Assembly: GCA_022825505.1 (NCBI GenBank)
Contig: JAJDWR010000022.1
Span: 15,046 to 79,045, forward strand
Origin: Gammaproteobacteria bacterium
Lineage (GTDB): Bacteria; Pseudomonadota; Gammaproteobacteria; Steroidobacterales; Rariloculaceae
Reading direction: 5' to 3'
Length of the DNA: 64,000 nt
Of this stretch, positions 9,056 to 18,743 are shown piece by piece. Under the pieces are notes generated by a model. The model was given only the letters and a program-made list of their open reading frames with translations, did no database searches and had not been told where the DNA came from. Numbering within the stretch: position 1 is the stretch's first letter; every line of letters begins with the position of its first letter. Both the position numbers and the translations under genes were made by a program.

Positions 9056-10924
9056 ATGGAGCGTACTTCCTGGATTATCGGGCTGGTTTCTGCGGCCGTG
9101 TGGACAACCGCCGGCGCGCAGCCGGCTGACAGCAGCGCCCAGTCCCCGGGCGACGGCGAAGAAAGCCCGATGGATACCATCGTCGTCACCGGAACACGAA
9201 TCGAGCAGACCACGGCGGAGGTGGGCTCGACGGTTCGGGTCATCGATGCGGCCGATATCGAAGCCCTCGGGTTCAATCATGCCCTGGATGTACTGGCCAA
9301 TGCTCCAGGGGTGACGGTCAATCAGAACGGATCGTACGGGGGTTCCGCCACGGTGCGTATCCGCGGCGCCTCCAGCGACCAGACGCTGGTCCTGGTGGAC
9401 GGCGTGGCGGTGAACGATGCGTCATCCCCGGGGGGCGGCTTCAATTTCGCCCGCCTGGACACCGAGAACATCGAGCGGATCGAGATTCTCAGCGGCCCTC
9501 AATCGACGCTTTGGGGTACCGATGCCATCGGCGGCGTGGTCTCCATCACCACCAGGCGGCCGGACGAGGGCCTGCGAGGCGCCGTCTTCGGGCAGACGGG
9601 CTCGTTCGGCGCCTTTCGCGGCGGGGCGTCGGTCAGCAATGCGGGTGAAGCCGGAGATTTCCGGCTGGCCGCCACCCAACTGAATACCGATGGCATATCC
9701 AGGGCGGACCAAGCCAATGGTAACGATGAGCAGGACAGCTTCGACGCCCTCACGCTCTCGGCCCGCGGTGGACTCAACCTTCCCGCCGGCGCGCGCATCG
9801 ACGGCAGCGTCCTGTGGAACGACGCGAGTACGGAGTTCGACAGCTTCGTGTTCGGGGCGCAGGGCAACGTCGGCGACGGCGATGAAATCAACGAGACGAA
9901 AGAACGTTCGGCAAATCTGTCGCTGACGGCGCCTCTGCTCGACGGCCGGCTGGACAATCTGCTGTTGGTCGGCCGCTCGGAAATAGACCGCCGCAATTTC
10001 AGCGACGGCGCCCCGAGCTTCGACGCACAGGGCGAGCGCACCCTGTTCCGCTACCAGGGCACCCTGACAATCGATGCGCGCAACACCCTGGCCTTCGGCA
10101 CGGAGCGGGAGGATTCAACCGCCAATGTAAACAGCAGTTCCCTGAATGGCCTGTTCGCACTCTACGAATTGAGGCCGGTGCGGTCCGTGACCCTGTCGGG
10201 GGGCATACGCTCCGACGACCATGAGCGCTTCGGATCGGAAACCACCGGACGTTTCGCCGGGGCGTATCAACCCACGCCCGGCCTGACCCTGCGCGGTAGC
10301 TGGGGACAGGGATTCAAGGCGCCCACCATCTTTCAGACGACGTTTTTCTGTTGCGGCGCGGCCGCCGCCAACGAGGCGCTCAGGCCGGAGCGATCCGATG
10401 GCATCGACATCGGGGCCGAATGGCGTGCCGTGAACGGTCGCGGCCACGTTGGCGTAACGCTCTTCCGGCAGGACACCGAGGATCTGATCGACTTCTCCTT
10501 TGCGGTCGGCGGCTACGAAAACATCTCGGAGGTCGAATCCAGGGGCGTCGAGGTTTCAGCAGGGTGGAACGTGACGCGAACGCTCACTGTGGCGGCGGAC
10601 TATGCCTACATCGATGCATCGGAGGGCGACGGTACGCCCCTGCGCCGCATGCCCAGGCATTCGGGCGACCTCTTGCTGGGCTTCGACCCCGGCGGCCCGC
10701 TCTCGGGTTCCGTTGTGCTGCGTTACAACGGTAGCGAACCGAACAACGACGGCAGCGATCTCGGCGATTGGACACGAGTGGACATCAACGCGCGCTACGA
10801 TCTGACCGACAGCTTCGAGGTGTTCGGGCGCATCGAGAACCTGCTCGATGCGCATTACCAGCAGATCCTCGGGTACGGCACACCGGGAAGATCGGGCTTC
10901 GTGGGCGCGCGGTGGCGCTACTGA
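9056..10924 (+). CDS. btuB: TonB-dependent vitamin B12/cobalamin outer-membrane receptor
   Basis: 622 aa with a signal peptide. TonB-box/plug region (DTIVVTGTR, RIEILSGPQSTLWG) and C-terminal GFVGARWRY. Directly follows the B12 riboswitch. Confidence 0.85.
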   Translation: MERTSWIIGLVSAAVWTTAGAQPADSSAQSPGDGEESPMDTIVVTGTRIEQTTAEVGSTVRVIDAADIEALGFNHALDVLANAPGVTVNQNGSYGGSATVRIRGASSDQTLVLVDGVAVNDASSPGGGFNFARLDTENIERIEILSGPQSTLWGTDAIGGVVSITTRRPDEGLRGAVFGQTGSFGAFRGGASVSNAGEAGDFRLAATQLNTDGISRADQANGNDEQDSFDALTLSARGGLNLPAGARIDGSVLWNDASTEFDSFVFGAQGNVGDGDEINETKERSANLSLTAPLLDGRLDNLLLVGRSEIDRRNFSDGAPSFDAQGERTLFRYQGTLTIDARNTLAFGTEREDSTANVNSSSLNGLFALYELRPVRSVTLSGGIRSDDHERFGSETTGRFAGAYQPTPGLTLRGSWGQGFKAPTIFQTTFFCCGAAAANEALRPERSDGIDIGAEWRAVNGRGHVGVTLFRQDTEDLIDFSFAVGGYENISEVESRGVEVSAGWNVTRTLTVAADYAYIDASEGDGTPLRRMPRHSGDLLLGFDPGGPLSGSVVLRYNGSEPNNDGSDLGDWTRVDINARYDLTDSFEVFGRIENLLDAHYQQILGYGTPGRSGFVGARWRY

Positions 10925-11781
10925 TGCTGCAACCAACTGACAATCGCGCACCCGTGGCAGCACCGATCATCATTGCGCTCGGCACAGCGCTGGGCGCATG
11001 CGGGCCGGACACACCCGATTCGGGCATCGTCGGCCAGCGGCCGCAGCGCATCGTCAGTCTCGACTACTGCGCCGATCAGTACGTGCTGAAATTCGTCGAG
11101 CCGGCACGCATCCTAGCCGTATCGCCCGACGCCGGGCGGGATTTTTCCTACATGCGCGATTACGCCGCAGGACTGCCCAGCGTCCGGCCGGTGGCAGAAG
11201 ATGTGATCGTCCTCAAGCCGGATCTGGTGGTGCGCTCCTACGGCGGCGGACCGCACGCGCCGGCGATGTTCGAACGGGCCGGCATACCCGTGCACAACAT
11301 CGGCTGGCCCGAAAACATCGGGGCCGTCATGCGCATGACCGAGGACACGGCCCGGGTACTGGGTTCCGGGCGGCAGGGCCTGACCGTGGTCGCCGAAATG
11401 CAAGAGCGCCTGGCGTCCCTGCGCCAGCCCGATCGGCGGGCCAGCGCGCTTTACCTGACCCCGGCCGGCGTGACGTCGGGTCCGGGATCGCTGGTGCACG
11501 AACTGATTACCGTTGCGGGGCTTGCAAATTTCCAGACCCGCCCGGGATGGGGACCCATCCCGCTGGAGAGGCTCGCCTACGAAAAACCGGACCTGATCGC
11601 CGCCGCGTTCTTCGACACACTGACCAACCACCCCCACGGGTGGAGCGCGATACGGCATCCCGTGGCCCGGGCCCAACTGGACGGGGGCGCCGTGGTGACC
11701 ATCGACGGTGCCTGGACTGCCTGCGGCGCCTGGTTCCTGGTGGATGCGGTGGAAGCGCTGGCCCGCGGTCCCGCACCCTGA
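10924..11781 (+). CDS. btuF: periplasmic cobalamin/siderophore-type ABC substrate-binding lipoprotein
   Basis: Start ATG 10924 overlaps the btuB TGA (TGATG). Lipobox-like ALGTALGAC. Position between btuB and a FecCD permease. Family call is by context plus weak sequence recollection. Confidence 0.6.
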   Translation: MLQPTDNRAPVAAPIIIALGTALGACGPDTPDSGIVGQRPQRIVSLDYCADQYVLKFVEPARILAVSPDAGRDFSYMRDYAAGLPSVRPVAEDVIVLKPDLVVRSYGGGPHAPAMFERAGIPVHNIGWPENIGAVMRMTEDTARVLGSGRQGLTVVAEMQERLASLRQPDRRASALYLTPAGVTSGPGSLVHELITVAGLANFQTRPGWGPIPLERLAYEKPDLIAAAFFDTLTNHPHGWSAIRHPVARAQLDGGAVVTIDGAWTACGAWFLVDAVEALARGPAP

Positions 11782-11784
11782 GCG

Positions 11785-12768
11785 ATGCGAGCTGACTTCG
11801 CGGCACTGGTACTGGCCTGTCTGGCGGCGCTGTTCGCCGCCTGCCTGCTCGGATCGACACCGATGGAGATCGAACGGGTGCTTGGGGCCTTGCTGGGGCG
11901 CGGCGATCCGGGCGATCAACTGGTGGTGGTGCACATCCGCCTGCCGCGGGCGATCACCGCGTTTGCCGTCGGCGCCGCGCTGGGCGCCAGCGGCGCCGCG
12001 CTGCAGGGACTGCTCCGCAATCCGCTTGCCGAACCCGGCGTACTGGGCGTCTCGGCCATGGCCTCACTGGGCGCCACGGGGGCACTCTACTACGGCCTGG
12101 CCGCGCTGAGCGCATGGGTGATGCCGGCGGCGGCGATCGTCGGCGCGATCACAGGGACCGCGCTGATCGCCTTCGCCGCGCTGCGCACCGCTTCGGTAGT
12201 CACGCTCATCCTCATCGGCGTGGGCCTGTCCAGCTTCGCCGGCGCGGCCATGAACCTGATGATGAACCTGGCGCCGAACCCGTTCTCCCTGGCCGACATG
12301 ATCAACTGGATGCTCGGCTCGGTTGCGAACCGAAGCTTCCTGGACCTGGGATTCTCCGCACCGTTCCTCGCGGTCGGCCTGGGTGTACTGTTCGCCACCC
12401 GGCGCGGCCTCTCGGCGCTGACCCTGGGAGAAGAGGCGGCCAGCGGCGTCGGCCTGAACCTGCGGCGGCAGCGGCTGTCGATCGTGCTGGGGGCGGGCCT
12501 GGCTACCGGCGGGGCCGTCGCCCTGGCGGGCGTCATCGGATTCGTCGGGATCGTCGCGCCCCACATCATCCGGCCCATGGTCAACCACGATCCGGCCCGC
12601 TCCCTGCTGCCGTCCGCCCTGCTGGCCGGACTGATCCTGGTATTGGCGGACATCGGGGTTCGGCTGATGCCCACCGTCACCGAACTCAAGCTGGGCGTGG
12701 TTGCGGCGTTGATCGGAGCGCCCGCCTTCGTCTGGATCGCCATGCAACGGCGCAGCGTCCATGACTGA
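11785..12768 (+). CDS. btuC: FecCD-family ABC permease (B12/iron-complex type)
   Basis: 327-aa polytopic protein with FecCD hallmarks: RLPRAITAF.VGAALGASGAALQGLLRNPLAEP, GVIGFVGIVAPHIIR. Confidence 0.8.
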   Translation: MRADFAALVLACLAALFAACLLGSTPMEIERVLGALLGRGDPGDQLVVVHIRLPRAITAFAVGAALGASGAALQGLLRNPLAEPGVLGVSAMASLGATGALYYGLAALSAWVMPAAAIVGAITGTALIAFAALRTASVVTLILIGVGLSSFAGAAMNLMMNLAPNPFSLADMINWMLGSVANRSFLDLGFSAPFLAVGLGVLFATRRGLSALTLGEEAASGVGLNLRRQRLSIVLGAGLATGGAVALAGVIGFVGIVAPHIIRPMVNHDPARSLLPSALLAGLILVLADIGVRLMPTVTELKLGVVAALIGAPAFVWIAMQRRSVHD

Positions 12769-13561
12769 GGCGGTCGCACGGATGGACCGGCAGCGACCCG
12801 CCCGGGGCCTGCACGCGCGGGACCTGACCGTCACCGCGGGCGAGGCCACCCTGGTACGGGACGCCACGTTTCGCTTGCAGCCCGGCGAACTTACCGCCCT
12901 GCTCGGCCCCAACGGCGCGGGCAAGACCAGCCTGCTGCGGGGCGCCATCGGGCTCACGCCGCGAGCCTCGGGCTGGGCCGGAATCGACGGCGAAGACATC
13001 GCCCGAATGCCGCCGCGGCGCCGTGCGCGGCAACTGGCCTACCTGCCCCAGAACCGTCCCCTGGCCTGGCCGAGCCCGGTTCGCGACGTGGTCGCGTTGG
13101 GACGCTTCGCCCATGGCGCCGCGCTGGGCCGGCTGCGCGGCGCCGACCGCCGGGCGGTGGAGCGCGCGCTGGCCGCCTGTGACCTGGAGCGACTGGCCGA
13201 ACGCTCCACCGCGACGCTGTCCGGCGGAGAACTGGCCCGGGTGCATTGCGCCCGCGCGTTCGCAGCCGAAGCACCGCTGCTGATCGCGGACGAACCCGTC
13301 GCGGAACTGGATCCATACCATCAGTTCACGGTCATGAACCTGATCAGGGACTTCGTAAACCGGGGCGGCGGCGCCCTGGCCGTGCTCCATGACGTGGTGC
13401 TCGCCAGGCGCTATGCGGATCGGTTCATCTGGATGAAGGATGGACGCATTGTCGCCGACGGAACGCCCGCCGAGACGTTGAGCGCGGCCCGGCTGGGGGA
13501 GATCTACGGTGTGCGCGGCCGCGTGGAAGGCGAACGCGTGGAGATCGAGGGGCCGCTGTGA
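12761..13561 (+). CDS. btuD: ABC transporter ATP-binding protein (B12/iron-complex type)
   Basis: Walker A GPNGAGKTSLL, signature LSGGELARV, Walker B LLIADEPVAELD. Overlaps the btuC end by 8 nt. Confidence 0.8.
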   Translation: MTEAVARMDRQRPARGLHARDLTVTAGEATLVRDATFRLQPGELTALLGPNGAGKTSLLRGAIGLTPRASGWAGIDGEDIARMPPRRRARQLAYLPQNRPLAWPSPVRDVVALGRFAHGAALGRLRGADRRAVERALAACDLERLAERSTATLSGGELARVHCARAFAAEAPLLIADEPVAELDPYHQFTVMNLIRDFVNRGGGALAVLHDVVLARRYADRFIWMKDGRIVADGTPAETLSAARLGEIYGVRGRVEGERVEIEGPL

Positions 13562-13600
13562 CCCGGGTTGCGCATCGGCCCCTGCGGCAGACCCAGGTGC

Positions 13601-15091
13601 ATGATTCGCGCTAGGGCACTGATGGTGCAAGGCACCGGCTCCGATGTCGGCAAGTCCCTCGTCGTCGCCGCGCTTTGCCGCATCGCCCTCCGGCGGGGCA
13701 TCCGGGTCGCGCCGTTCAAACCTCAAAACATGTCCAATAACGCGGCGGCCTGCGCCGGCGGCGAGATCGGCCGGGCTCAGGCACTGCAGGCCCAGGCGGC
13801 CGGTCTCGAACCCGAAGTGGACTTCAACCCGGTGCTGCTCAAGCCGGAGACGGACCGCCGGGCGCAGGTGGTCGTGCGGGGCAAGGTGGTCGACAGCATG
13901 GATGCGACCGACTACATGGCACGGCGCGAGGCCCGCATGGACGCGGTGCTGGGGAGTTTTCAGCGGCTCGTGGACGCATACCAACTGGTCGTCGTGGAAG
14001 GCGCCGGCAGCCCCGCGGAAGTCAACCTGCGGGCCGGCGACATCGCCAACATGGGTTTCGCACGGCGGGTCGGGATTCCCGTCTGCCTGGTCGGAGACAT
14101 CGACAAGGGCGGCGTGATCGCCAGTCTGGCCGGAACAAGGACCGTACTGTCACCGGAAGACGCGGCGATGATCCGGGGCTTCATGATCAACAAGTTCCGG
14201 GGCGATCCCACGTTGTTCGACGATGGCGTGAGCGCCATCGAGGAGCACACCGGATGGCCCTGCTTCGGCGTGATCCCGTGGTTGTCCTGCACAGCGGATC
14301 TGCCCGCGGAAGATGCGGTGGTACTCGACGGCGGCCGACATCATGCGGGAGACGAATTGCGGATCGTCGCGCCCATGCTGTCCCGGCTGGCCAACTTCGA
14401 CGACGCCGATCCGCTGCGGCTGGAACCCGGAGTCGACTTCCGCTGGATACCGCCCGGACGGCCCCTGCCACGGGACGCCGACGTCATCATTTTGTTCGGC
14501 ACCAAGTCCACGCTGGGAGACCTGGAATTCCTCCGCGCTCAGGGCTGGGACCATGACATTCTCGCCCACGCGCGGGCGGGAGGACGGGTGTTGGGGCTGT
14601 GCGGGGGCTTCCAGATGCTCGGCGCGGAGGTCGAGGACTCTGAGGGCGTCGACGGCAGGGTGGGCCGCGCACCCGGGCTCGGCCTGCTCGACGTCCAAAC
14701 GGAGATGTCGGAATCCAAGGCCGTACGTCCGGTCGCGGGGCGCTGCGTGAGCACCGGGCGGCCCGTCACCGGTTACGAAATCCATGTCGGCCGGACCACC
14801 GGCAAGGACTGTGGCCGGCCCATGTTCGACCTTGAAGGCCGGGCGGACGGGGCACGCTCCGCCGATGGCCGGGTCGAGGGAAGCTATGTTCACGGGATCT
14901 TTGCCGAAGATGAGTTTCGACGTGCGTGGCTGAAGCGCTCGGGGGCGAAAGGGGATTCGAGCCTGGACTACGGCGCCTCCGTCGAAGCAGCGCTGGATGC
15001 GTGGGCCGACGGCGTCGAGCAGGCCGTCCAGGTGGACGCGCTGTTGGCATGCGCTGCGCGCCCAACCAGCCTGCAGGCGGATGCCTCATGA
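13601..15091 (+). CDS. cobQ: cobyric acid synthase
   Basis: N-terminus LMVQGTGSDVGKS, KPQNMSNNAA, a GATase domain with GLCGGFQMLG, and YEIHVG. Confidence 0.9.
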   Translation: MIRARALMVQGTGSDVGKSLVVAALCRIALRRGIRVAPFKPQNMSNNAAACAGGEIGRAQALQAQAAGLEPEVDFNPVLLKPETDRRAQVVVRGKVVDSMDATDYMARREARMDAVLGSFQRLVDAYQLVVVEGAGSPAEVNLRAGDIANMGFARRVGIPVCLVGDIDKGGVIASLAGTRTVLSPEDAAMIRGFMINKFRGDPTLFDDGVSAIEEHTGWPCFGVIPWLSCTADLPAEDAVVLDGGRHHAGDELRIVAPMLSRLANFDDADPLRLEPGVDFRWIPPGRPLPRDADVIILFGTKSTLGDLEFLRAQGWDHDILAHARAGGRVLGLCGGFQMLGAEVEDSEGVDGRVGRAPGLGLLDVQTEMSESKAVRPVAGRCVSTGRPVTGYEIHVGRTTGKDCGRPMFDLEGRADGARSADGRVEGSYVHGIFAEDEFRRAWLKRSGAKGDSSLDYGASVEAALDAWADGVEQAVQVDALLACAARPTSLQADAS

Positions 15092-16050
15092 TGGGCCTGT
15101 TCGGCGGCGCCATGCTCATGCTCGCGGCCTGGCTGGTGGAGGTGCTGTTCGGCTACCCGGATTGGCTGTACCGACGCATTCGGCATCCCGTGGTATGGCT
15201 TGGGGCGCTGATCGACGGGCTCGACCGGGCGCTCAATCGTCCGGCACTTGGCCACGCCTGGCGCGTTGTCCTGGGCGCTGCGGCGACTGCAGCGACGGTA
15301 GCGCTTGCGGTTTGCGCGGCAGTGGCAGTCTCCGCGCTTCTGTCCGAATCGATGCCGGGCTTCTGCGTTGAAGCGATTATTGCCTCAAGCCTGATCTGCT
15401 CCCGCAGCCTCTACCACCACGTCGCCGCCGTGTCCGGGCCCCTGGCGGCAGGCGACCTGCCGGGCGCCCGCACCGCAGTGGCTCACGTGGTCGGACGGGA
15501 GACCGCGCAACTACCGCCCGATGGCGTCGCTCGCGCGGCGCTGGAATCACTCGCCGAAAACACGTCCGACGGCGTTGTCGCTCCGCTGTTCTGGGGTGTC
15601 GTATTCGGCCTGCCCGGGCTGGCGGCGTACAAGGCCGTCAACACGCTGGATTCGATGATCGGCCATCGCGACGCGCGTCACGCGGCCTTCGGACGGTTCG
15701 CGGCGCACCTGGACGATGCGGCGAACTACGTCCCGGCCAGGCTGACCGGGCTGCTGTTCGCCCTGGTCAGCTTCAAGCCGGAAGCCTTTGCCGTGATGTG
15801 GCGCGATGCGCGCCGGCATCGCTCGCCCAATGCCGGGTGGCCTGAAGGTGCGGCGGCCGGGGCGCTGGGCGTGCGGCTGTCGGGACCGCGAAGTTACGGC
15901 GGCGCCGAATCGGCGGAGGCCTGGCTCAACGCCCGCGCCGGCGACCCCGGACCGGACGACCTGCGCACCGGCCTGGCTCTCTACTGCAAGGCGTTGTTCC
16001 TCGCCGCACTGGTGCTGGCCGGCATCGCCACCCTGCAATGGGCCCAATGA
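15088..16050 (+). CDS. cbiB: adenosylcobinamide-phosphate synthase
   Basis: ATGA overlap with the cobQ stop. Membrane protein with CbiB/CobD motifs: IRHPVVWLG, NTLDSMIGH, SPNAGWPEGAAAGALGVRLSGP. Confidence 0.9.
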   Translation: MMGLFGGAMLMLAAWLVEVLFGYPDWLYRRIRHPVVWLGALIDGLDRALNRPALGHAWRVVLGAAATAATVALAVCAAVAVSALLSESMPGFCVEAIIASSLICSRSLYHHVAAVSGPLAAGDLPGARTAVAHVVGRETAQLPPDGVARAALESLAENTSDGVVAPLFWGVVFGLPGLAAYKAVNTLDSMIGHRDARHAAFGRFAAHLDDAANYVPARLTGLLFALVSFKPEAFAVMWRDARRHRSPNAGWPEGAAAGALGVRLSGPRSYGGAESAEAWLNARAGDPGPDDLRTGLALYCKALFLAALVLAGIATLQWAQ

Positions 16051-17051
16051 AACGCGTCGAGGTTCACGGCGGAGCACTCGATGCCATGCGGCGCCTGTAT
16101 GCGGACGCGCCGCGACCCTGGGTGGACCTCTCCACCGGCATCAATCCCTGGCCCTGGCCGGCCGGGGAGCAACATTTCCGCGATCTCCACAGGCTGCCCA
16201 CCGGCGAGGACTTCGCCCGCTGCACCGCGGCAATGGCCGCGGCCCTTGGAACCCGGGAAGACGCGATTCTGCCGGCTCCGGGGAGCGAATTGCTGATCCG
16301 CATGCTGCCCGGCGTGATCGCACCGGAGCGCGTTGCCGTGCTGGCGCCGAGCTATGGCGACCATGCGCGCGTCTGGCGTGCGGCAGGCTGCGACGTGGTG
16401 GAATCGCCCGACCCCCTGTCCGAGGCCGGCTCGGCGGATGCCGTGGTGATCTGCAATCCGAACAACCCGGACGGACGACGCTTCGAACCGGACGAGATAG
16501 AGGCCGCGCATCGTCGCCTGAGCCGGCGCAGAGGCTGGTTGATCATCGATGAGGCTTTCGCCGATCTGCAACCTGAACGGAGCTGGGCACCGCGGGGCGG
16601 TTCCGATCACCTTCTGGTGCTGCGCTCCATGGGCAAGTTCTACGGCCTGGCGGGCTTGCGCCTGGGCGCCCTGCTCGCCCCGAAGGAAATTGTCCGCAGC
16701 ATGCAGGCCCGATTGGGCTGCTGGAGCGTGTCGACGCCGGCGCTTGCGGTCGGCGCCGCGGCGTATTCGGACCGGCACTGGCAAACTGCGACGCGACAGC
16801 GTCTTGCGGAAGCACGGCAGCGCCTTGATGAACTGTTGCAGGAACAGCCTCGGGAACGACCGTTCCGAGTGGTAGGCGGCACCGATCTGTTCCGTTACGT
16901 GGAGATGGCCGACGCGCATCGACTCTGGCAGCAACTGGCCCGCCAGGGCGTGTACGTTCGGCGCTTCCCCTGGACGTCACGCCACCTGCGAATCGGACTC
17001 CCGGGGAACGCCGGCGAGGAGAGCCGGCTCCGGGCTGCGCTTAGCCCTTGA
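16047..17051 (+). CDS. cobD: L-threonine-O-3-phosphate decarboxylase (class I/II aminotransferase fold)
   Basis: ATGA overlap with the cbiB stop (alternative ATG at 16038). Motifs DLSTGINPWPWP, VICNPNNPDG, LRSMGKFYGLAGLRLG (PLP lysine motif). Lies in the cob operon. Confidence 0.8.
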   Translation: MKRVEVHGGALDAMRRLYADAPRPWVDLSTGINPWPWPAGEQHFRDLHRLPTGEDFARCTAAMAAALGTREDAILPAPGSELLIRMLPGVIAPERVAVLAPSYGDHARVWRAAGCDVVESPDPLSEAGSADAVVICNPNNPDGRRFEPDEIEAAHRRLSRRRGWLIIDEAFADLQPERSWAPRGGSDHLLVLRSMGKFYGLAGLRLGALLAPKEIVRSMQARLGCWSVSTPALAVGAAAYSDRHWQTATRQRLAEARQRLDELLQEQPRERPFRVVGGTDLFRYVEMADAHRLWQQLARQGVYVRRFPWTSRHLRIGLPGNAGEESRLRAALSP

Positions 17052-17550
17052 GCGCCATGGGCAGTCCCGCGACCATGAATTCCACCCGGCCGCAGACCGC
17101 GGCGACAGCCTGATTCAACGACCCCTGTGCATCGCGGAACCCGCGCCCCAGCGGCGTGCCCGGCACCAGGCCCATTCCCACCTCGTTGGAGACCAGTATG
17201 AGCGGTCCGGGAGTCCGGGCGATGAAGCGGGTCAGCGCCGCAGTCTGCGCTTCCACGTCCCGGCCGTAATGCATCAGGTTCGACAGCCACAGCGTCAGGC
17301 AGTCGACGACCACGACCCGGTCCGGAGACGCGGCCCGTTCCAGCGCGTCCACCAATTCCAGGGGCGCTTCCACCGTCGTGAACCCGGGCCCGCGGTCGGC
17401 GCGATGGCGCTCGATGCGATCGGCCATTTCCGGATCCGATGCCTCCGCGGTGGCGACGAAAATCCGGTCTGGCGCCGTGTCCCGGGACAGTTCGATCGCC
17501 CGTTGGCTCTTGCCCGACCGTGCACCGCCAACAATGAGTATCGTCTCCAT
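17041..17550 (-). CDS. cobU: bifunctional adenosylcobinamide kinase / adenosylcobinamide-phosphate guanylyltransferase
   Basis: 169 aa. P-loop ILIVGGARSGKS, VATAEA, VVVDCLTLWLSN, LVSNEVGMG. Its 3' end overlaps the cobD 3' end by 11 nt (convergent). Confidence 0.9.
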   Translation of the reverse strand: METILIVGGARSGKSQRAIELSRDTAPDRIFVATAEASDPEMADRIERHRADRGPGFTTVEAPLELVDALERAASPDRVVVVDCLTLWLSNLMHYGRDVEAQTAALTRFIARTPGPLILVSNEVGMGLVPGTPLGRGFRDAQGSLNQAVAAVCGRVEFMVAGLPMALKG

Positions 17551-17621
17551 CCCTCGCCGCCCTTCGCCGGTTGCACTAAGCTTCAGTCCTGAAATTCGGA
17601 AGTACCGAGCTCAGCGACTTG

Positions 17622-18701
17622 ATGGTCCCCGGAAACATCACAAAACGCAATTCACGCGAGCCGCAGGTCAGCGCCACGGTCTTGCAGGCCTTCGGACTTG
17701 GCGGCGGCAAACCGACACTGTTCGACTCCGGGCTGATCAACAGGAGTTGGCGCATCGACATGCCGGACGGGGGCCGTTTCGTGCTGCAGCGCGTCAACCC
17801 CATCTTCCCCGCGAGCATCAACGGCGACATCGACGCGGTGACCCGGCATCTGCGCAACAAGGGCATGTGCACGCCCCTGATCGTGCCGACGCAGGCCGGC
17901 GAACCGGCGTTGATACGGGGAGAAGAGGTCTGGCGCGCGTTGACCTACATTCCAGGCGTCGCCCGGGACGAGCTTGACAACACTCGCCAGGCCTTCCGCG
18001 CCGGCGCCCTGCTGGGACGATTCCACAGCGCCGTGAGCGATCTCGATCACACCTTCTCCAATCCACGCCTGGGGGTGCACGACACCGCCGCGCACCTGGA
18101 AAATCTGCGACGAACGCTCGCCTCCCACGGCGACCATCCGCAATACGGCCGTGTCGCCCCGATCGCCGAACGGATCCTGGCACTGGCCGGACGGCTGCCG
18201 AAACTTCCGCTGAGCAACAAACGAATCGTGCACGGCGACCCCAAGATTTCCAATTTCATCTTCGATCCCGAGTCCGACGAGGCCATCGCCCTGGTCGACC
18301 TGGATACCGTGGCGTCCATGCCGGTTATCCTCGAACTGGGCGATGCCTTCCGCTCGTGGTGCAACCCGCTGGGCGAGGACAGCCGGGAAACGGAGTGCTC
18401 CGTACCCATATTCGAGGCTGCGCTCAGCGGCTACGCGCGGGAGGCCCGGGACCTGTTGACCGATGAGGAGTGGGCGGGGCTGCCGGCGGCGACCCTGACC
18501 ATTGCGCTGGAACTTTCCGCCCGGTTTGCGGCCGACGCGCTGATCGAGTCCTATTTCGGGTGGGATTCGAGCCGCTTCCGGTCCGCCTCGGAACACAATC
18601 AACTCCGGGCCGTTGGCCAGCTAAGCCTGGCAGAGAGCGTAAGAACCCAGTGGAAAACGCTGCAAACTGCGGTTAACGCTGCTGAATTTGGGATGTATTA
18701 G
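17622..18701 (+). CDS. APH/choline-kinase-fold small-molecule kinase (phosphotransferase family)
   Basis: Catalytic loop HGDPKISNFIF (HxDxxxxN) followed by LVDLDT (metal-binding Asp). About 360 aa. Divergent from cobU. Confidence 0.7.
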   Translation: MVPGNITKRNSREPQVSATVLQAFGLGGGKPTLFDSGLINRSWRIDMPDGGRFVLQRVNPIFPASINGDIDAVTRHLRNKGMCTPLIVPTQAGEPALIRGEEVWRALTYIPGVARDELDNTRQAFRAGALLGRFHSAVSDLDHTFSNPRLGVHDTAAHLENLRRTLASHGDHPQYGRVAPIAERILALAGRLPKLPLSNKRIVHGDPKISNFIFDPESDEAIALVDLDTVASMPVILELGDAFRSWCNPLGEDSRETECSVPIFEAALSGYAREARDLLTDEEWAGLPAATLTIALELSARFAADALIESYFGWDSSRFRSASEHNQLRAVGQLSLAESVRTQWKTLQTAVNAAEFGMY

Positions 18702-18743
18702 ACTTAGCGCAGGGTCCTGCAGCACAACAAGCGAGAAATTCCC

